64,000 nt of DNA from contig NC_047022.1 in NCBI RefSeq assembly GCF_902652985.1, positions 7,626,001 to 7,690,000 of the forward strand. Reading direction: 5' to 3'. How positions within the stretch are numbered: position 1 is the first letter of the stretch; every line of letters starts with the position of its first letter. Below are positions 56,791-64,000 of this stretch, in pieces. The stretch is from Pecten maximus. Its lineage: Eukaryota. The notes beneath the pieces are model-generated. The model saw only the letters and a list, made by a program, of their open reading frames with translations, had not been told where the DNA came from and searched no databases. A program made the position numbers and the translations under genes.

Positions 56791-57275
56791 GGTTTAGTAT
56801 TGTTTAACGTCCCGTCAACAGCTAAGGTCATTTAAGGACGGTCTTTCGTCTTGTGTGATCGAGATGCATGCGTGTTTGTAGGCTTTGGAAGGCTGTGGTA
56901 TATCCGTGTTAAGTATCCTTGTGACGGCGCGGAACTGATGCAGACTTTATAGTGCTACCTCACTGAAACGTACTGTCGAAGATACCTAACAGTATACCTT
57001 ACCTGGTTGCATTATACTATAAACGGACGAACCAGTTGCCCCGATCCCAAAATGCTTAGGGCTAAGTAGGAGAAGCAACTACCATTTGTAAAGACTGGTA
57101 TGTCTCGGCCAGGTGACAGAACCCAAAGACTTTCTCACATGGGCGAACGCTCTACTAAAGGCCAAAACGTAGTCAGTGTTGACGTAGACATTAGGAAAAA
57201 GAAGGTTGCTTAGAAAGCCGAAAAATTATAAGATCCCATTTAGTCGCCTCTTACGATAATGCAATGGGGGCAGCT
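56791..57275 (-). mobile_element. SINE of a second family (Meta-domain-like)
   Basis: Second copy; its 3' tail resembles the tail of the V-like SINEs. Confidence 0.72.
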
Positions 57276-60200
57276 GGTAAAAATGGTACAGCAGGGATAT
57301 GTAATACAGTATATGTAACCCGGATGTTCAGCTGTAATTTTCTTATTCCTAACATATTAATGAGTTTATAGATATGCATCCATGTTTATATAAAATATAG
57401 TAAAACAAATGACGAAGGAAGACACATTTATGATGCATGCCTTGAGCTCACAATGTACGCACTCCTAATCACCTGGCCAGAAATGCCTGCATCTTACACC
57501 ATTACACCAAGTCCACGTCCCACTTTCGTGTTCATGATAGCATTCGAAACATTTATATTTTATACATTATAAGTAATATTACAAGATAAAAGAACTGAAA
57601 AGAAGTGTAACTCATATGACTTAATGACATTGTCAGTACGCCCATTATGAAATGATTGCTCATCAAACGCTAGTTTAGTAAATCTTTGGAGAGGCTTGCC
57701 TACTGTCCAATCCAATGATTTTTTAATAAACAATAAGAATTGTTGAAACAAGTCATGGGCACAATAGCCATAATTGACATCGTGATTTTGTTTGTTTGCT
57801 GTGTTCACCGTCCCGTGACGGCGGGTCTCATTGTAGTAGTTGGTGACTACTGTAATGAACAACGTACGGGAGGCCTGTCGCATGCAATCCATTGCAATTA
57901 GAATGAAATGTCAACCACAAGGACACAACCACCACGGCACAGACCGATAGGTTCCTACTAAGCTTTCCGTGAAACATAAGGCGGTTCGGTTGCTCCGTCG
58001 ATATGCATTTGGCTACTCTATCTTTGGGATTGTGGAAATAGACGACTTATTTATTTATTCATTTATTTATTTTAATGGATCGAATATGCGCGCCTTTTCC
58101 ATGTCGATAACTGTATATGACACGGGACTCGTTTAACAGGATATGGACACGAGTGTGAGATTACGTTTATCACACTGTTCAAATTCCTGACAAAATAAGC
58201 GAAAGCTTTCATGTGTTTTTACGCACAGTTTTGACCACTGTAACAACCGCATGACGTCAAGGAAGCCTATGTTTTCGGAAACTCGCGGAAAAACAGTTTA
58301 TGATCACTCCGTATACGAAATAAAAATCAAACTGTAGGATCACACACCGAACGGTAAAATATCCTAGTACGTCGGTATAACAGTTAAGGCTGAAACCTAC
58401 ACCATCTTCTATCCCAAATTGTCATCTTAGCCCTCTAAAACACAACTACATCCGTCTACACCGACAACTACGATATTTTTGTCTGGTTTAGGCAGACTAA
58501 ACTGTGTATGTCTCCAGTGATTTCTATCTCTACTTGATCTCATTTTTTATATTAAATAGACACCGTGTTTCATTGCATTACTTTTTTCTCCCAATTAATT
58601 TCAAATTTGAAATCGATATTCTCTTATAAAACGCTTTTAAATTTAGACAGTAATTTCCCAGTCGTCTGTAACTAAGGTCTAAAACCTGACCGGGTTGTGT
58701 TCAACGACTTTGGTTTCGATAAAAATCGATTTGCTTTACCATTCTCCAAGAACAGTGATCCGTTCTATCAAATCTATCCCTTTTCAACGTCATCCCATTA
58801 TACATTGACGCAGTGTTTATAAAAACACCTTTCTAAATTGTCACCTTTGTTATATTGTGACGTCACGATATATAACCATGTTTCTCTAAATCGTCACCTT
58901 TGTTATATTGTGACGTCACGATATATAGCGATGTCTCTTTATCCTCATAACTCCACAACATAAAAAATATATTGAAGTTAATCCTTATGATTTAATCTAT
59001 ACCCTGCAAAAAATCACTTTATTGATGGAGTCTTTTCTCTTACAAATCATTACGCTGATCCATCCGCCAATCACAAGCGACGTTATAAACGGCGGCGTCA
59101 TATTTTACATTAACAAATTTCTAATCCAATGAAAGTGCTCGTGACAAAAAAGATTGTATTATAATGACATCACATTAAATAACCACACCTCTATATATTA
59201 CCATCCCTTTATATCGCCTGTTCATATATATAAAGCATGCATAGAAGTTAATCTAAAAATTGTAAAACAAGCTGGGGTATACCAAATAACGTTGTAAACA
59301 GTCATTCTGTCAGCACATTAAAACAGGCTTTCCCCGACAGTCCAAAGCCATCCCGGTCGTAAGTTCACGGCCGTTCATCACCGATAACAGACGCCAACCT
59401 TTGTCGACGGATTATAAAGCAATAAATTACTAATGATTAACTCGTCAGTTCCGAGAATCACCATGTCAATGTCAGAGCTTATTCCAAAAGTGACGTCAGT
59501 CGTCATTAATTGCATGCTTTGCTTTCTAGGTTACCAATATGCGGGCTTAAGAGTATATATTTAGTATTTTATTATGCAACAGTTTGTTGGCTAATGGATA
59601 TTTCATATGTTTTTAATACATACTTAACTAACGAACTTAGTGCTTAAACTCGCGGAGCATATCTGTTAATAATGACATTTTATTACAGCATTACCAGTTT
59701 TTATTCTTGGTTTCCAAATATTTTATTTTAAATGAAAAAAAACGTAATAACTTCATGGCCGTTTTCCGGCATCGTCGGGAGCCCACGACACATCGCTCTT
59801 CGTTACTCTACGTTAAATACAAACGTAGGAGCGGTATCTCGTGGGTTTCCGACGATGGTTTTCCAGTAAAGCCTGAGTTAATGGCTGACATATATGCGAG
59901 ATCCCATAACACCTCATTATAATAAGGGAAGTAACTCTTTGTAAATACTTAAAGGTTGCGCTACACTAATTTACTGCACATATTTATTTGTCTGTTAGTT
60001 AACCTCCTTAATCTTGTTGTTACTAAGGTCACATGAAGGCGATGTCTAGGGGACCACTTTTGAAGTGTAGTCAACATTTTCGGCCTTACGCATCAGTAGC
60101 GAGTCCTTTGAGGACGGAACAGCTGTTGATGCAATTAAGTTCATTTTGGCTCTTCTGTACCTAACTCTCTTTTTGTATCGAAAAGTGTATTTTGTCGAAT

Positions 60201-60516
60201 CCTTTGTGAACAGAACCCATGATATGTCTCACTTTGGGAAAAGTTCAACGCTCGGAACAAAAATGGGGCATTGAACATTTCACAGGGAAGAAAAAAGTAA
60301 CTAGTAACTAGCGAGAGAACGAATATTCCGAATGGTACAATGGGGACAGCAGATCTATTTTGATCACGTGGTCCCAAGCTGACGTCACGAACCCAGATCC
60401 CTCATTCGATAGGTTTTCACACCGGCTGCCTATGACGCACAAGCAGACTCAGGTTATTTTTTCATTCTTTTTACATCGGAGAGTAGACAATGCATTTGTA
60501 CGTGTATTGTTAGAGT

Positions 60517-60900
60517 ATACAATACAATACAATACAATACAATACAATACAAAATAACTCAATACAATATAATACAATACGTGATAATACAGTTGGTAGT
60601 AGTTGTACAATAAAATAAATACAGTACAGTACTTTACAATACAATACATCACAGTAGAATATATTACAATACAACACAATATAATACCATGCTTATACAG
60701 TACAGTACTTTACAATACAATACATCACAGTATAATATATTACAATACAACACAATATAATACCATGCTTATACAGTACAGTACTTTACAATACGATACA
60801 TCACAGTAGAATATATTACAATACAACACAATATAATACCATGATTAAACAGTACAGTACTTTACAATACGATACATTACATTATAATACAATACATGAT
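60517..60900 (+). repeat. (ATACA)n microsatellite and derived ~73-bp repeats
   Basis: Directly visible. Confidence 0.88.
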
Positions 60901-61945
60901 AATGCAGTTGGTGGTAGTTGTACTCTCCTGTCGTTCTTCACCCGAAGTGCTCGTTACACGCCAAAAAGCGGTGTTTATTTTCCTGATTCAGTGACACTGT
61001 TCCGCTCCGGTAGTTAGTTTCGCCTATCGACAGTTACTTTATTATCCCCGCGAGCTCGCAGTTAAGGTTGCTTCAAGATTAGTGTCAAATTTATAGCATC
61101 AGGGGTGCTCTACAGAACTCGTCGAAAATAAAAGAATGGACTATCTGAACTATCTAATTAATTTACGATATCACAGAGCATAGCTACAACCCATTACGAT
61201 CAACAGCTTTTAACCGGAAACAGTTCGCAAGTCTAAACGTATGTCAATGAAAATGATTTCTTTCTCACCGGAAATACTATTCCAGCATTTTATATAACCG
61301 GATATGACATAGAAACATTAAATAAAATTTTAGTGTCTCTTTTCTTATATTAACAATTATAACTTTGTTTCCGTCTTCATTACTCCAAAACCTAAAGGGC
61401 AATTGTCTTACGACTTCATAGATCAACAAACTTCTCGAATCCTCAACTTGGGTTAGAATTTGCGTTTTGCTCTATTTGAGTCATCAAAGCAAGAACGAGA
61501 CATTGTTGTTTTTTCCTCCCTAAAGAAGTCTTTTGCTGGCACAACGTTTTAAACTTACCGGAAGTGACATCACTCTCCTATATTTGCTCTGTGTGATATT
61601 GTTGTTGTTGTTTTCGGACTACAGGCTATGCCAGAAAAAAAAACTGCTTTTAAACCATTCTTTATATTCTGAAATTAAGTTAACTAATTCCCTCATAAAC
61701 TAGTACATATCTCGCTTTACATTTAATATTCCAATGAATGACATCAATTCCTGTTGCCGGCTTCATAATTGGCTGTTGCTTGTACATTTCCAAAATTAGC
61801 ATTTCTCATTTGGAATGGTTTTGTTGTAGAGCTGTTTTACACTTTATTCTGTATTCATGTATTGATCTCCCATTGTGATCTGTCACAGACAATGGAATTG
61901 ATGTTCGTCAATTAGACCGAGCTCTTGACGTAAACACTGAGATCG

Positions 61946-62606
61946 CCGCAAGGTGGAACAGTCGATCTATGACATTCACCAGGTGGAGCTGTGTAAACTG
62001 ACACGACGCAAATCGTAGAGGGCGCTGTATATGAACATTCACCAGATTGCGTTCAATTGTCCTATACGGATTCACGAATCTTTTTGGTTCCAGTTTCATG
62101 AAACATTTGATAAATTGCAATACTGCCTTTGACACTATTCCAAAATTTAAGTAAGCAAAGTTCCGTCTTAAATATGCCGATGGAAATATTGGGAAACTTT
62201 CAAAATTATCAATTTGGTTAAATTTCCTGCACTCGAGTTTCTTTCTATTTCGGGAAGAAGTAGCTGGGGGACTATAACCCCCACTTGATTGGCCTACACT
62301 TTTAGATTTGTACCTGTAGACATCTAATACCGCCACTAGGTTGACCCAGGTGTGACTCTACAAGGCGCACCAGTTGGCGTTATTGATATACACTTGGAGA
62401 CCTTCAGTTCCTGTGTACATATTAATTCCTCCACCAGGTGACGCCACATCTGGCAACACATCGGACCTCCACCAGGTGGCGCTGTTTTATATACCACAAC
62501 ATATCCACCAGGTGGGGGTATTTTCTTGGTACGCTGTTGTATGATTCAGATAGATACAGTTGCATTTCCACAAGGTGGCGTTTATAATACTTATATCAAA
62601 TGGCGC
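61946..62606 (+). promoter_or_regulatory. Co-oriented cluster of CTCF-like motifs
   Basis: CCACCAGGTGGCGC at 62469, plus variants at 61946, 61976, 62012, 62333, 62367, 62431, 62505, 62568, 62593. Confidence 0.6.
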
Positions 62607-64000
62607 TGTAGTTGCGTGCTGGTTTGAAATGGTTTCGATCGATGTCAATTAGACTACTGGAGTTTACAGATGTTCGCATGGAATTTTCTACCACTACTTT
62701 ACAATAACTGCTTATTGGTTTTTCAACACGTCACTAGAATGTTTACATAGATCTCATCAACTAGACGCTTGTAAGAGTACCTTCAGCTAGAGGCGTGTCT
62801 GGTTGGCTTGTCTTTGGCGTCGTATTTCTTCTACGAAGCTAGTGTTGGCTACGGTCAAGTCACAAGACGATGGATGCAATCCATTGTATCGTATACTATG
62901 GCACCTTCTGAAATGAAATAAATTAACAGGAAACTAGTTACATTGGGACGGCGCCGGTGAAATTGAAATAGCAGGATGCATAAAGCAATGGAGGAGGAGA
63001 AGAATAAGGAAGATACAAAAATCCTTTTCTGAATTAATTGGCGAGCACACTTACTACACAGACCAGTCAGATATCAAGACAGTTTTAAAAACATCTCTAG
63101 ACGTGCATCTGCCAGATACAAGTTAATTTATCTAAGAAACCATTTAATTCACTGTGAAAAGAATAGTCTTGTTTACAGTGTGAAATGGACTTTCCCTGTT
63201 ACGCCACATAAACATGAGTTCGTCCTACATTAAATTCGACAATCAGACAGTTGTTTTAACCTAAACAGACCGAGCAGTCAGAATTTGACTTGATGATACG
63301 TGGGAATTGACCGGGCGTGAAGGCGATATCCTCAGCACGCGCAGTATGCGTAATCGCTCGTCGGCGTTCAAGCATGGTTTATTTACCACGTATAATTGAA
63401 TCTTGCACGACATGCCTGTATAATGCTTACTTGTCCATGTTTATTAAATATTTTTTGTGTGATATTACATTCTTTCCCGTTTATTTACATGTTCAGTAAA
63501 CATTTCCATACTCCCAGCACGCGATATCGGTTCAGAGTCAAAGAAAGCATGATCAATTTTACATTAAGGGAACATTGTCAATTGGATTCTTTTCTTTTCC
63601 TTTGCTTCTTTCCGTTGAAATGCAAATACATGTAGAATAGATATATATTTTGTGACACAAAATGCTGTTTGATCACGTGACTACTGTGATTAAATCACCG
63701 ATCTCATTGTCGACATTTCTATTCCAATATTTTCAGAAATTGACGCTTGGAAAGTGAAAAAATCTACATGTTGAGATGTAAATACATGGATAAACAACGG
63801 ATGTTTTTATGAATGGTGATATGGTCGGAAAACAGACCTCGCTGACAAACTAACATAAAACCACCATGCCGAGAGTTTTAGGGCGGTAACATAATCTCCG
63901 TAGACATGCATTCCTTAAATAACAGCCGCGTTCCCCAGCTATAACATTAACGCGTGTCATAAATGCCGGTATTGTGACGTCATAATGTCGGTCCCTGCAG

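Noticed and set aside
61908-62336. 142-aa minus-strand ORF
   Set aside because: GTG start, no recognisable domain, overlaps the motif array; the upstream acceptor-like site at 62908 leads into stop-rich sequence.

Overview
Eukaryotic, AT-rich genomic DNA, most likely from a bivalve mollusc (scallop-like, inferred from the protein N-terminus and the SINE/Helentron-type repeats). It contains an essentially complete sarco/endoplasmic reticulum Ca2+-ATPase gene (SERCA/ATP2A) on the minus strand, from ATG at 44693 to stop at 2349. I assembled 26 coding exon positions by hand (3066 nt, 1021 aa for the read-through C-terminus). Main points: (1) Exon 24 (luminal loop L7-8 plus M8) is a pair of duplicated 134-nt, apparently mutually exclusive exons. 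They sit in a chain of intronic hairpins with one downstream 'docking' element able to pair with either of two 'selector' elements, ending in a cluster of RBFOX-type (U)GCAUG motifs. (2) Intron 20 is a minor-spliceosome AT-AC intron. (3) The last exon has an internal donor, giving a SERCA2a/2b-like choice of C-terminus. (4) Intron 8 holds several multi-helix, transcript-strand RNA-structure islands and candidate cryptic exons. (5) A co-oriented array of CTCF-like motifs lies about 17 kb upstream. The rest is introns and intergenic DNA with SINEs, a deleted hAT transposon, a decayed LINE and tandem repeats. All structures were found by eye; no folding or database search was run.
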